This document shows, piece after piece, positions 1 to 8,551 of a DNA stretch of 37,538 bases. Made by a program: the position numbers and the translations under genes. Origin of the DNA: Candidatus Psychracetigena formicireducens (GTDB taxonomy: Bacteria > Coprothermobacterota > HKB111); NCBI GenBank assembly GCA_018725125.1, contig QLTW01000002.1, positions 1 through 37,538 on the forward strand, read 5' to 3'. Position 1 is the stretch's first letter; every line of letters starts with the position of its first letter. The notes under the pieces are model-generated. The model searched no databases, was not told the origin of the DNA, and saw nothing but the letters and a program-made list of their open reading frames with translations.

Positions 1-113
1 CATTTTTATTAAAGAAAGAGTTTTTAAGCCCCAGTTTTTGCTGCAAAAAAGAAATTTAGTTTTCTATCGCGGATTTTGGGTTATTTATAGTTACCGTTAG
101 TTTATAATATGGT

Positions 114-911
114 ATGGAATTAACAGTTCTGTATCCACATACTAAAAGCAAGTTCATAGCTAAATATTTACTTTACCAGCATAAAATCAAGTGGATTAAA
201 ATAGGTGAAAAAATCCCCGAAGCTCCCCTACTGGTTACTGCAGGCGGCGATGGAACCATTCATTATGCGGTTAATCGTATAAACTTAGATAAAACTAAAC
301 TATTAGTTTTACCTTTAGGAAGGGGCAACGCTTTTGCCAGGATTTTTAATCTTCCTATAGGTCTTTTATCTGACAAAGATATCCTCACAGGCCAGGAGCT
401 GGAGGTCCAGCTCCTGGAAGTTAACAATCGCCTGGCTATTTTAGCTACAGGTATGGGTATGGGTGGAGAAGTTATGCACTATGCCAACCCTTATTCCCAA
501 TTTGGATTTCCCTCCTACATTTTAAGCACCTTAAAATCTATCCAGACCACTCCTGCTTATAGCTTCACAATTAATAACAACCTTTATCCTGATTTGTTAA
601 CCGTAGAAATTTCACTCTGGGGTATGGCTGGCTATGGTTTGCCCTTTACTAATAGCTCTACCATTGGTCCTTACCTGACCATGATAAAAGGAAACCCTTT
701 AATGGCTGCTTTCAAATTTTTACTGGGTCAATTTCCGGATTGGGAAGGAGCTAAAACAATAAAGGGAGAGGCATTTACCCTAAAAACCGAGGAAGAGATT
801 AACGCTCATATTGATGGAGAAAACTTCTTAACCCGTTATTTAGAAGTAAAATTATCTCCCAAAAAGGTAAATATTATCAAGCCTCAGGTTAGTTTATTTA
901 CTAATTCTTGA
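114..911 (+). CDS. Diacylglycerol/lipid kinase family protein (DAGK catalytic domain, YegS/BmrU-like), short form
   Basis: Motifs TAGGDGTIHYAVNRI and LPLGRGNAFAR match the DAGK_cat GGDGT and PlGTgNdfAr signatures. At 265 aa it is shorter than typical members. The 3' end overlaps the murD 3' end convergently by 28 nt. Confidence 0.75.
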   Translation: MELTVLYPHTKSKFIAKYLLYQHKIKWIKIGEKIPEAPLLVTAGGDGTIHYAVNRINLDKTKLLVLPLGRGNAFARIFNLPIGLLSDKDILTGQELEVQLLEVNNRLAILATGMGMGGEVMHYANPYSQFGFPSYILSTLKSIQTTPAYSFTINNNLYPDLLTVEISLWGMAGYGLPFTNSSTIGPYLTMIKGNPLMAAFKFLLGQFPDWEGAKTIKGEAFTLKTEEEINAHIDGENFLTRYLEVKLSPKKVNIIKPQVSLFTNS

Positions 912-2236
912 AATATTTCTCCTCGCTCTTCAAAGTTAGAAAACTGGTCAAATGAGGCGCAGGCTGGGGAAAGTAAAACAGTATCTCCATTTATAGACTT
1001 TTCATAAGCTAATTGAACCGCCTCCTGTAGGTTTTCCAGAATAAAAAATTTATTAAATCCAGCCAGGTAGAGCGCTTCAGCAATTTTATGCTTGGTACTT
1101 CCTATAAGGTAGGCTAAAACGACCTTGTTTTTATAAATCTCTTTACCCATATCTGAAAAGTCCATATTTTTTTCACTACCACCTAAAATTAAGTGTTTAG
1201 GACCGGGCACTGCTTTTAAAGCTGTGATAGTAGCCTGTGGAGTGGTGGCTTTAGAGTCGTTTATATAGACTACACCTCTTATTTCCTTAACTTTCTGTAA
1301 ACGGTGAGGTAATCCGCTAAAATCTTTTATGGATTTGGCTATTTGTTGAGGTCGGACACCCACAAAAGAGGTTGCTGAAACTGCGGCTAAGACATTTTGC
1401 AGGTTATGAATCCCGGGTAAAGATATATCTTTAGTAGATATAACCAGGATTTCTTCATTTTCATATCGGTAATAAATATGACTATTTTTAAGGAAAGCTC
1501 CCTCCATTTTATGTTCTTTAAGGGAAAAATATGCTTTCCGGGTAGGGGCTTTTTCCATTAAAATTTGCACCCTGATATCGTCTAAATTTCCAATAAGCAA
1601 ATCCGATGGCACCATATTCTTAAAAAGGCGGGAGATAGTGGACTCAAATTCTTCAAGAGTACTATGCCTATCCAGATGGTCGGGAAAAATATTAAGAATC
1701 AGGGCAATACGGGGACAAAAAGTATCAATAGATTCCAGTTGAAAAGAACTGGCTTCAACTACCAGCCAACCATCTGCTGAAACCTTTTTAACCACTTCGG
1801 TTAAAGCTGGCCTTATATTGCCACCCAGGCCCGCTGGAACACCCGAATCTTTAAGTATTTTGTAAATAAGTGAGGTTGTAGTACTTTTCCCATGAGTCTC
1901 ACTTATAGCAATTATCGGCGTTTTAGTATTCCTGTAAGCTAACTCCAGCTCCCCCCAAACTGGTATTCCTTTTCTCTTAGCTTCTTCAACTAACGGGATT
2001 CCAGGAGAAACCCCCGGGCTTATAATAATTAACTCAGTATCTTCCAACAAATTTGAGGGATGTTTTCCCAGAACCAGTTGCACTTGATCTAATGGTGGTT
2101 CTTTAAAACGCTCTTTAACACTAAAGTTCAAATCTGTTCCTGTTACCAGGGCACCCTTATTCAGTAAAAGTTTAGCTGAGCCTATACCGCTATCAGCTAA
2201 CCCCACTATCAGGCACTTTTTTCCCTCATAATCCAT
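884..2236 (-). CDS. murD: UDP-N-acetylmuramoylalanine--D-glutamate ligase
   Basis: N-terminal Rossmann motif KKCLIVGLADSGIGSAKLL, Mur ligase P-loop SETHGKSTTTSLI, 450 aa. The start overlaps the murF stop by 11 nt. Confidence 0.95.
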   Translation of the reverse strand: MDYEGKKCLIVGLADSGIGSAKLLLNKGALVTGTDLNFSVKERFKEPPLDQVQLVLGKHPSNLLEDTELIIISPGVSPGIPLVEEAKRKGIPVWGELELAYRNTKTPIIAISETHGKSTTTSLIYKILKDSGVPAGLGGNIRPALTEVVKKVSADGWLVVEASSFQLESIDTFCPRIALILNIFPDHLDRHSTLEEFESTISRLFKNMVPSDLLIGNLDDIRVQILMEKAPTRKAYFSLKEHKMEGAFLKNSHIYYRYENEEILVISTKDISLPGIHNLQNVLAAVSATSFVGVRPQQIAKSIKDFSGLPHRLQKVKEIRGVVYINDSKATTPQATITALKAVPGPKHLILGGSEKNMDFSDMGKEIYKNKVVLAYLIGSTKHKIAEALYLAGFNKFFILENLQEAVQLAYEKSINGDTVLLSPACASFDQFSNFEERGEIFQELVNKLT

Positions 2237-3569
2237 TATTTAACACCTTTAATATCTCTTCCATTTTAACTCCTCGTGAACCCTTTATAAGCACCAAGTC
2301 ATCTTTTATAAGATTTTTCTCTAACCACCTACCCGCCATTTTTGAATCATTAAAATGCTTACCGGGCACACCTTTGCTGCGAAATAGCCTGGCCTTTTCC
2401 CCAACCGTAATAAGTATCTGGGGTGATAAATTCTCAATAACAGGAGCAAATTTCTTATGCTCCTCTTCAGCCAGTATCCCTAATTCCCGCATCTCTCCCA
2501 GGATTAACACTTTTCTCTTACCTTCAAGATTGCTAAATAACTCCAGAGATGCTTTTAGAGATAGTGGATTTGAATTATAATAATCTATTAATAATAAGGC
2601 ACCGTAAAACAGTTTCTTTTCCATTCTTCCCCAAACTGGTTTAAAATTACTTAAAGCTTTTGCTCCATCGTAGGGAGGAACACCCATAAGATATCCAACA
2701 GTTAAAGCGCCTAAAGAGTTCATCGCCATATGTTCCCCTATAGCATCTTTCATAAAATAATTAATCTCACCTTCGGGGGTAGAGGCTATTATTTTTATTC
2801 CTTCCGGGCTAGAATTGCTATCTTTCATCAAAAAAGTATCTCCCTTAAAACCATAAGTAAAAATCTTATTAGGACAATCCCTACCTAACGACATAACCAG
2901 TTCATCATCAGCATTTAATACTACCCAGCCAGTTTCAGAAATTGATTTCAGAAGAACGCCCCCCTCTTCCTCTTTGACTCCTGCTAAAGAGCCAAAGTAT
3001 TCGGTATGAGAGGGTCCAAGGGTAGTAATTATAACAGAAGTAGGTCTTATAATATCTGTCAAGAGATTTAAATCACCTATTTTTTGAGCTCCGTACTCTA
3101 CTATTCTTACTTGGGGAGTTTCTTCATCATTAAGCAGATATAAAGGTATGCCTATCTCAGTGTTCATATTTCCCGGGGTAGCAGTTACCTGATATTTACA
3201 GGATAATACTTCTTTTATCATTTCTTTTGTAGTGGTTTTTCCTGCACTGCCACCTACCCCTATAGTAAAAGCGGGGTTTTTTTGAGAAACCCACTTACCC
3301 AGGTTAATTAAAGCTAATAGCGTATTTTCCACGACAATTTCTAAGGGGAAAACTCCCATTTTTTGTGTTAGTAAGGCTCCTTTGGCACCCCTTTCATGAG
3401 CATCAGCACCAAAAAGATGTCCATCGGTATTCTCCCCTTTTAAAGCAATAAAAAAAGACCCCTCGGTTGCCTGCCTTGAATCAGCGACATAATGGGAGAA
3501 ACTGATACCTGCATCTCCTAAGAGTCTCCCAGAAGTTATCTGACTTAATAAATCTGCTTTAATTAACAT
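2226..3569 (-). CDS. murF: UDP-N-acetylmuramoyl-tripeptide--D-alanyl-D-alanine ligase
   Basis: N-terminus has DSRQATEGSFFIALKGENTDGHLF. P-loop GVGGSAGKTTTKEMI. 447 aa. Confidence 0.94.
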   Translation of the reverse strand: MLIKADLLSQITSGRLLGDAGISFSHYVADSRQATEGSFFIALKGENTDGHLFGADAHERGAKGALLTQKMGVFPLEIVVENTLLALINLGKWVSQKNPAFTIGVGGSAGKTTTKEMIKEVLSCKYQVTATPGNMNTEIGIPLYLLNDEETPQVRIVEYGAQKIGDLNLLTDIIRPTSVIITTLGPSHTEYFGSLAGVKEEEGGVLLKSISETGWVVLNADDELVMSLGRDCPNKIFTYGFKGDTFLMKDSNSSPEGIKIIASTPEGEINYFMKDAIGEHMAMNSLGALTVGYLMGVPPYDGAKALSNFKPVWGRMEKKLFYGALLLIDYYNSNPLSLKASLELFSNLEGKRKVLILGEMRELGILAEEEHKKFAPVIENLSPQILITVGEKARLFRSKGVPGKHFNDSKMAGRWLEKNLIKDDLVLIKGSRGVKMEEILKVLNNGL

Positions 3570-4305
3570 TTTTCGCTAGTATCAACATCCGGGTTGATTC
3601 AAGATTAAATATCGTCCCGTTATAATCCCCAAATACCTTATCCACCATAAATCCTGTTTCTTCCAACAGCCGTTTCATTTCAGTAAAGGAGTAAAGTCTT
3701 AGTTCCCTGTGAACTTCTTTCTTTTCATTATTATTATAATAGTAGATTCTCCGAGTATGTTGAATGCCTGTGTGAATGTCAAAACGGTGCCTTTCCAGTA
3801 AAGTAAAATAAGGGTACTCCCGAATTTCATCTGTTTTGAAGTATCTGATTATATGGTCGCGGTTTTCCATATCCAGAAATAAATAACCACCTTTTTTTAA
3901 CACCTGCTTAATTTCTAACAGAGTCTTAGCGTCATCTTCTTCGGTAAAATACCCAAAAGAAGTGAAAAATAAGGCTACTAAATCAAAAGTATTGTTTTGT
4001 ATAGGAAGTTTCCTCATATCACTCTGAACCAGGTCCATTTTTCTGTCTTTGCTGTTATTTTTTTCCCGGGCTTTTAACAGGTATTGGCGATTAAAATCTA
4101 TCCCAACAACTTTATAAGAATACTGGAAAAATATTTCCTGGTGTCTTCCGTAACCACATCCCAGGTCAAGAATCCAGCTATCCCTGCTAACCCCGGTTTC
4201 ACTAACAACAAACTTTACCTGCTTAATATTTCTATGGGGATCGTCTTTATTAAGAAGTGTCCAGAGGTAATCCTGGTCAAAATATGAGTTAACCCAATCT
4301 TCCAA
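3559..4305 (-). CDS. Class I SAM-dependent methyltransferase
   Basis: SAM-binding motif I ILDLGCGYGRH, acidic loop GIDFN, post-I/II motifs FDLVALFF and LKKGGYLFLD. Overlaps the murF start by 11 nt. Confidence 0.8.
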   Translation of the reverse strand: MEDWVNSYFDQDYLWTLLNKDDPHRNIKQVKFVVSETGVSRDSWILDLGCGYGRHQEIFFQYSYKVVGIDFNRQYLLKAREKNNSKDRKMDLVQSDMRKLPIQNNTFDLVALFFTSFGYFTEEDDAKTLLEIKQVLKKGGYLFLDMENRDHIIRYFKTDEIREYPYFTLLERHRFDIHTGIQHTRRIYYYNNNEKKEVHRELRLYSFTEMKRLLEETGFMVDKVFGDYNGTIFNLESTRMLILAKNVN

Positions 4306-4307
4306 CT

Positions 4308-5486
4308 TTATTCAAAAGAATTTAAAGATAACCTTAAGATTTTTCCCCTGGTTGTGCCAACTCCGAGAAGGTCTCCCCATGGAAAGAGAGAGAAAACAGG
4401 AATAGTGTTCAAAGAATAGGTTCCTTTACTCTCAACTCTGTTATTTTGGGTAAACTGAAAAGCTTTCAGATTCCAGATAAAATGACCAGTTTCTATATCT
4501 CTTTCGCCCCGGGTTGAGATAACAATTTCACCATTTCTCATAATAGCTACGATTTCCCTTCGTAAAATATTAGTGGTATTTTGATAACTCCATACCGTTT
4601 CCATTTTTTCTCCGCTTTTGATAAGATACAGGCTAAAAATATAATTATAGTGGGTAGAAACGAGAAAATGACCCGGTCGGGGGTGGTTAAAAAAACTGAG
4701 GAAAGTGCCCTCTATTTCCAGTGATTGGTTATCGTTTCTAAGGAGAATGGTCCTGTTTTCAGCAGGAACTGTAGCAGCCAGAGTATGTCTTGTATCCATA
4801 AGAAAATCAACAGCATTTTGCACTTTAAAAACATTTCTCTTATCCAACCTATATATCCCTGTGGAAGTAAGGTAGTAAATATTCCCATCGGTATGTTTAT
4901 ACAACTCTAAAGGTGTTTCAGCGTATTTCATAGTTTCTATGATTTTAGCCTGAGATGAACTTATTTTATGAATAACCCCACTTTTATCGTTTAGTTCAGC
5001 AGAAACCAGTAAAACATCATCATCCTGAAAAACTAACGATTTTGGTGCATCAGCTATAAATTCAAAATAAAGAGGTTCTCCTTCATTAGAAACTATTCCC
5101 ACACTTTTATCCTCTCCGATAAAAGCCATCTTGTCTCTGGTTACGGTCATTACAACCCCTCTACTTGGAGCTCTTAACGATATAAAAACCCCGCTTTTAT
5201 CAATATGATAAAAGCGGTTTGCTACTTGCGAAAAAACAAAGCTAATTTCACCATCTGGTAAAGCTATTCCTGCGTCTATCCAGATATCCTGTTGAATTGT
5301 TTGACCTTCTTCTCTCCCTGGCATTTCAATTTTAGGTATCTCTATTACTAATTCGTCTGCTTTAGTAGTTATATCTATAGGTAAAAACGGCAAACCGCTC
5401 TTTCTGACAAAATAATACACTCCTCCGGCTAAGGTGATTATTAATACTGATAAAACAGTAATAATAACAATATATTTTTTATTCAA
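4308..5486 (-). CDS. Hypothetical protein, N-terminal membrane anchor with a beta-rich extracytoplasmic domain
   Basis: Single hydrophobic segment IVIITVLSVLIITLAGGVYYF at the N-terminus. The rest has alternating beta-strand-like patterning (possibly propeller-like). No motif recognised. It stops 2 nt before the methyltransferase start, so it looks co-operonic with murF-murD. Confidence 0.6.
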   Translation of the reverse strand: MNKKYIVIITVLSVLIITLAGGVYYFVRKSGLPFLPIDITTKADELVIEIPKIEMPGREEGQTIQQDIWIDAGIALPDGEISFVFSQVANRFYHIDKSGVFISLRAPSRGVVMTVTRDKMAFIGEDKSVGIVSNEGEPLYFEFIADAPKSLVFQDDDVLLVSAELNDKSGVIHKISSSQAKIIETMKYAETPLELYKHTDGNIYYLTSTGIYRLDKRNVFKVQNAVDFLMDTRHTLAATVPAENRTILLRNDNQSLEIEGTFLSFFNHPRPGHFLVSTHYNYIFSLYLIKSGEKMETVWSYQNTTNILRREIVAIMRNGEIVISTRGERDIETGHFIWNLKAFQFTQNNRVESKGTYSLNTIPVFSLFPWGDLLGVGTTRGKILRLSLNSFE

Positions 5487-5546
5487 TTAACACCGCCTTA
5501 ATAAATTCTTGTATACTATGATTATACTATAAATTAACAGGTGTTT

Positions 5547-7883
5547 ATGAATACGCTGATTATTGCAGAAAAACTTAGTGTGGCAGATTCTCTTGCCCGT
5601 TTTTTAAAACTTGAAAAAAGTAAGGGTGGTTTTTTTCAGGGGAATAATTATATTGTCTCCTGGGCATCAGGGCATTTACTTGAACTTTATAATCCTGATG
5701 ATTATGACAAGAAACTTAAATGGTGGTCCTGGAAAACTCTTCCGATAATTCCCGAGGTCTTTAAAATCAAATCCAAAGACCATAAACAACTGGATATACT
5801 TTTAAAACTAATCAAGAAAAAAGAGGTTAAACAGTTAGTAAATGCTTGCGATCCAGGAAGAGAGGGAGAGTTAATTTTCCGATATATTTACGAATACAGC
5901 CAATGTCAGACTCCAGTGAAAAGGCTCTGGTTAAATGCCTTAACTCAGGAAGCTATTTCTGAATCACTTAAAAATTTAATTAACCAGGAGTCCCTAAATC
6001 CATTATATATAGCAGCTAAAAGTCGAGCTGAAGCTGATTGGTTGGTAGGTATTAACGGTTCCCGCTCCTTTACTTTAAAACACAAGCTTCTTCTTCCTGT
6101 AGGTAGAGTTCAAACACCAACTCTGGCAATAATTGCCAGGCGGGACCGGGAGATAGAATCCTTCATCCCACAAACTTTCTACGAATTATTTGCAGATTTT
6201 TTAACTGATAAAGGTTCTTATCAAGGAAAATGGCAGGGCTCCGAGGGCGACAGGTCTTTTGACAAAAAATCAATGGAAGAAATAAATGTGAGGATAAAAA
6301 ATAAAAACGGTACGATAAAAACTTTTAAAGAAGCTGAAGAAAAGGTAATTGCTCCCCTTTTATTTGACCTGGGCTCTTTGCAAAAAGAAGCTAACCAGAG
6401 ATTTGGCTTTTCTGCTTCTCGTACCTTGAAAATCGCTCAAACTTTGTATGAATCTAAGAAATTAATAACCTATCCCAGGACCGATAGCAGATACCTACCT
6501 GCTTCCTATACCAAAGAGATGCCAGCAATAATAAAAGCATTAAAGAGCTCGGTTTATTCTCCCTATACAATTCCTCTGGGAAAAACAACCAACCTTAAAA
6601 CCAGAATATTTAATGACACCAAAGTAACTGACCACCACGCCATTGTACCCACCTCCACTGAACCGGTTTTAACCAGTTTAAGCAAAGATGAAGTTAGAGT
6701 TTACGATGCAATAGTAAGAAGGTTTTTAGCTGCTTTTTACCATCCAGACCTATACCGGAAAGTATATATAGAAACCCTGGTGGAAAAAGAACTGTTTATT
6801 ACTTCAGAAAAAGTAATGATCAAACCTGGATGGTCGGTAGTTTATGACCGGGCACCTGGAGAAACCAGGATAGCTTTCCAGTTAAATAAAGGCGACCCTG
6901 CAAAAGTTATTAATTCTCATATAGAAGAAGGAGTTACCCAACCTCCTCCTCATTACAATGATGGTACCCTTATTTCCATTTTAGAAACTGCCGGGAAACT
7001 AATAGATGATGAAGAACTAAAAGAGGCTTTAAAAGACAAAGGACTGGGCACTCCAGCCACCCGAGCACAAATAATTGACAAGCTAATTTTGTATGGGTAC
7101 ATAGAGAGGGAAGCTAATTTATTAAAAATTACCTCTAAGGGTAAAGAGTTCGTGGAAGTTATTGAAAAAGAAAACCTAGATTTAATTTCTCCAGACCTTA
7201 CCGCCGAATGGGAATTCAGACTTAAAATGATTGAGAAAGAAAAGGAAACCAGAGACGCTTTTATGAAAGATATCAAAGAGTTTGTTGTCAATATGGTCGA
7301 AGGTATTAAAGCCTCCGAAACCAGTTCTTCACTTACGGTAACCAGAAGGGTGGCCCTGGGTACAGCCTGCCCTTTATGCGGGAAAAATGTAAAAGAAAAC
7401 CGTTTAGCCTACGCTTGTGAAGGATACAAAGAGGGCTGTAAAATGACCATCTGGAAAAAAAGCTTTGGTAGAATTATATCTTCTAAAGAAGCAGAAAAAT
7501 TATTGGAAAATAAAAAGATTGGACCTTTATGGTTTACCTCCAGAGCAGGGAAAAAATATTTAGCTTCTCTGGTTATTACTGAAGATGGAGTTATCCTGGA
7601 ATTTGAAAATAACCTTCCTGCTAAAAAAAGTAATAGAAAAAGTAACCAGAGTGATAAACAAGCTGATAATCCAGATGTAAAGAAAAGAGTCAAAAAAGAA
7701 GTTTTCATTGAAAATAACTACCATGATGTCGGTGGTGGGGTCAAGAAGCCAGAAATCGTTCCAGAAAAGAATCTCGTGAAAAAGCGTAAAAGCCCCATCA
7801 AAAAAATAGTAAATCAAGAGGCCCAGAAAAAGAAGAACTATAAAACTAAAACCACTACTAATAGAAAGAAGATTACTCCTTAA
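5547..7883 (+). CDS. topB: DNA topoisomerase III (type IA) with C-terminal zinc ribbon, Topo C-terminal repeat and Lys-rich tail
   Basis: Toprim N-terminus MNTLIIAEK, DPGREGELIF, active-site region ITYPRTDSRYL, CPLCG zinc ribbon, and a repeat-like WKKSFGRIISSKEAEKLLENKKIGPLWFTSRAGKKYLASL. ATG at 5547 is preferred over the in-frame GTG at 5541 because AGGTG lies just upstream. The last 324 nt overlap the Lit-like gene on the opposite strand. Confidence 0.92.
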   Translation: MNTLIIAEKLSVADSLARFLKLEKSKGGFFQGNNYIVSWASGHLLELYNPDDYDKKLKWWSWKTLPIIPEVFKIKSKDHKQLDILLKLIKKKEVKQLVNACDPGREGELIFRYIYEYSQCQTPVKRLWLNALTQEAISESLKNLINQESLNPLYIAAKSRAEADWLVGINGSRSFTLKHKLLLPVGRVQTPTLAIIARRDREIESFIPQTFYELFADFLTDKGSYQGKWQGSEGDRSFDKKSMEEINVRIKNKNGTIKTFKEAEEKVIAPLLFDLGSLQKEANQRFGFSASRTLKIAQTLYESKKLITYPRTDSRYLPASYTKEMPAIIKALKSSVYSPYTIPLGKTTNLKTRIFNDTKVTDHHAIVPTSTEPVLTSLSKDEVRVYDAIVRRFLAAFYHPDLYRKVYIETLVEKELFITSEKVMIKPGWSVVYDRAPGETRIAFQLNKGDPAKVINSHIEEGVTQPPPHYNDGTLISILETAGKLIDDEELKEALKDKGLGTPATRAQIIDKLILYGYIEREANLLKITSKGKEFVEVIEKENLDLISPDLTAEWEFRLKMIEKEKETRDAFMKDIKEFVVNMVEGIKASETSSSLTVTRRVALGTACPLCGKNVKENRLAYACEGYKEGCKMTIWKKSFGRIISSKEAEKLLENKKIGPLWFTSRAGKKYLASLVITEDGVILEFENNLPAKKSNRKSNQSDKQADNPDVKKRVKKEVFIENNYHDVGGGVKKPEIVPEKNLVKKRKSPIKKIVNQEAQKKKNYKTKTTTNRKKITP

Positions 7884-8273
7884 CTTAATATCTTTTTTAT
7901 TTAAAAGCATATATAAAGCAGCTATAATCAGGAATAGAACCACTATCCCCAGGAGAATTAAAATTCTCACATCCTGTAAATGGATTATTTCCTTGGTATT
8001 AAATAGGGTCAGGTAACCAGAATCTGTTTTTACAGAAAAAACTGAGGGGGTAGAAAAAGAAAAGAAAAATCTAATTAGGGAATTGTATATTTCAATAGGC
8101 CTATCAACTGTATGTAATTCAGCCTGCTCCAGGGTGTTATGCTTATCTAACCCGTAGATATAAAAAAGAGGATTAAAAGCAACTATATAAGTAGAGCTCA
8201 TTACCACACCTATTAAAACCAACATAGAAACCAAGGTTATTAATCCTTTATTAATCGTCACAAAAACCACCAT
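7560..8273 (-). CDS. TIGR01906/DUF1461 integral membrane protein (Lit-like, lipoprotein intramolecular transacylase family)
   Basis: Family-typical architecture: N-terminal TM, LFNTKEIIHLQDVRILI motif, then FHEILFWNDFWLLDPTTDIMVVIFNENFFFD followed by a final TM. No Shine-Dalgarno sequence upstream of the ATG at 8273. Confidence 0.8.
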   Translation of the reverse strand: MVVFVTINKGLITLVSMLVLIGVVMSSTYIVAFNPLFYIYGLDKHNTLEQAELHTVDRPIEIYNSLIRFFFSFSTPSVFSVKTDSGYLTLFNTKEIIHLQDVRILILLGIVVLFLIIAALYMLLNKKDIKLRSNLLSISSGFSFIVLLFLGLLIYYFFDGAFTLFHEILFWNDFWLLDPTTDIMVVIFNENFFFDSFLYIWIISLFITLVTFSITFFSRKVIFKFQDNSIFSNNQRS

Positions 8274-8290
8274 TGATTGTTTTTAACTTA

Positions 8291-8333
8291 ATTATATTAT
8301 AATATAATTCTATTATATTATAATATAATTCTA
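8291..8333. promoter_or_regulatory. Perfect tandem 21-bp direct repeat (x2); each unit carries the 18-bp perfect palindrome ATTATATTATAATATAAT. Candidate twin operator overlapping -10-like TATAAT boxes.
   Basis: Read directly: TTATATTATAATATAATTCTA at 8292-8312 and again at 8313-8333. Palindromes at 8291-8308 (extends to 20 bp, 8290-8309) and 8312-8329. The centres are 21 bp apart, which is two helical turns. The element lies 18-60 nt upstream of the Lit-like start codon in a divergent intergenic region. Confidence 0.6.
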
Positions 8334-8487
8334 ACATCACAGTTATAAGCTGGTGGACTACTATAAGCAGCTTAAGGATAGTTCTGTTGGACACAGTGCT
8401 ACGGTTATTGATTATAAATAAGTGATATGCTATCATTTTGATAGAGAATCGGGATGAAGATAAGTAACTCCCAAAATGGTCATATAG

Positions 8488-8508
8488 ACGCAATAATTGC
8501 GTATAATA
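8488..8508 (+). promoter_or_regulatory. 15-bp palindrome ACGCAATAATTGCGT abutting a TATAAT -10 box (candidate promoter/operator for the SH3-SpoIID pair)
   Basis: 7-bp arms ACGCAAT/ATTGCGT at 8488-8502, directly followed by TATAAT at 8503-8508, 43 nt upstream of the ATG at 8552. The -35 region is weak. Confidence 0.3.
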
Positions 8509-8551
8509 GTGAGTTAGTTAGAATTAATTACTTTTAAAAGGAGGATTTAAT

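Noticed and set aside
7614-7883. Treating the topB Lys-rich tail as a separate gene or as non-coding
   Set aside because: There is no stop codon between the last TopB domain and 7883, so it is part of the topB ORF as the sequence stands. The overlap is reported as a finding instead.
8440-8480. Possible c-di-AMP (ydaO-type) or other riboswitch upstream of the SH3/SpoIID genes (GAAUCGGGAUGAAG...CUCCCAAA)
   Set aside because: Only a vague resemblance. I could not find the paired ACGGGG/CCCGA pseudo-symmetric cores or any other riboswitch consensus (TPP, SAM, cobalamin, glycine). A covariance-model scan is needed before any claim.
8251-8493. 80-aa minus-strand ORF spanning the Lit-like/SH3 intergenic region
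   Set aside because: It runs through the AT-rich tandem repeat, which produces the odd ELYYNII ELYYNII duplication. It has no RBS and a low-complexity composition, and its 3' end overlaps the Lit-like start. It is best explained as a chance ORF in regulatory DNA.
8454-8537. 27-codon upstream ORF (MKISNSQNGHIDAIIAYNSELVRINYF) ending at the SH3-gene RBS
   Set aside because: There is no convincing RBS, and it lies mostly upstream of the best -10 candidate (8503). An ORF of this length is expected by chance. It is noted only because its stop abuts the AAAGGAGG of the next gene.
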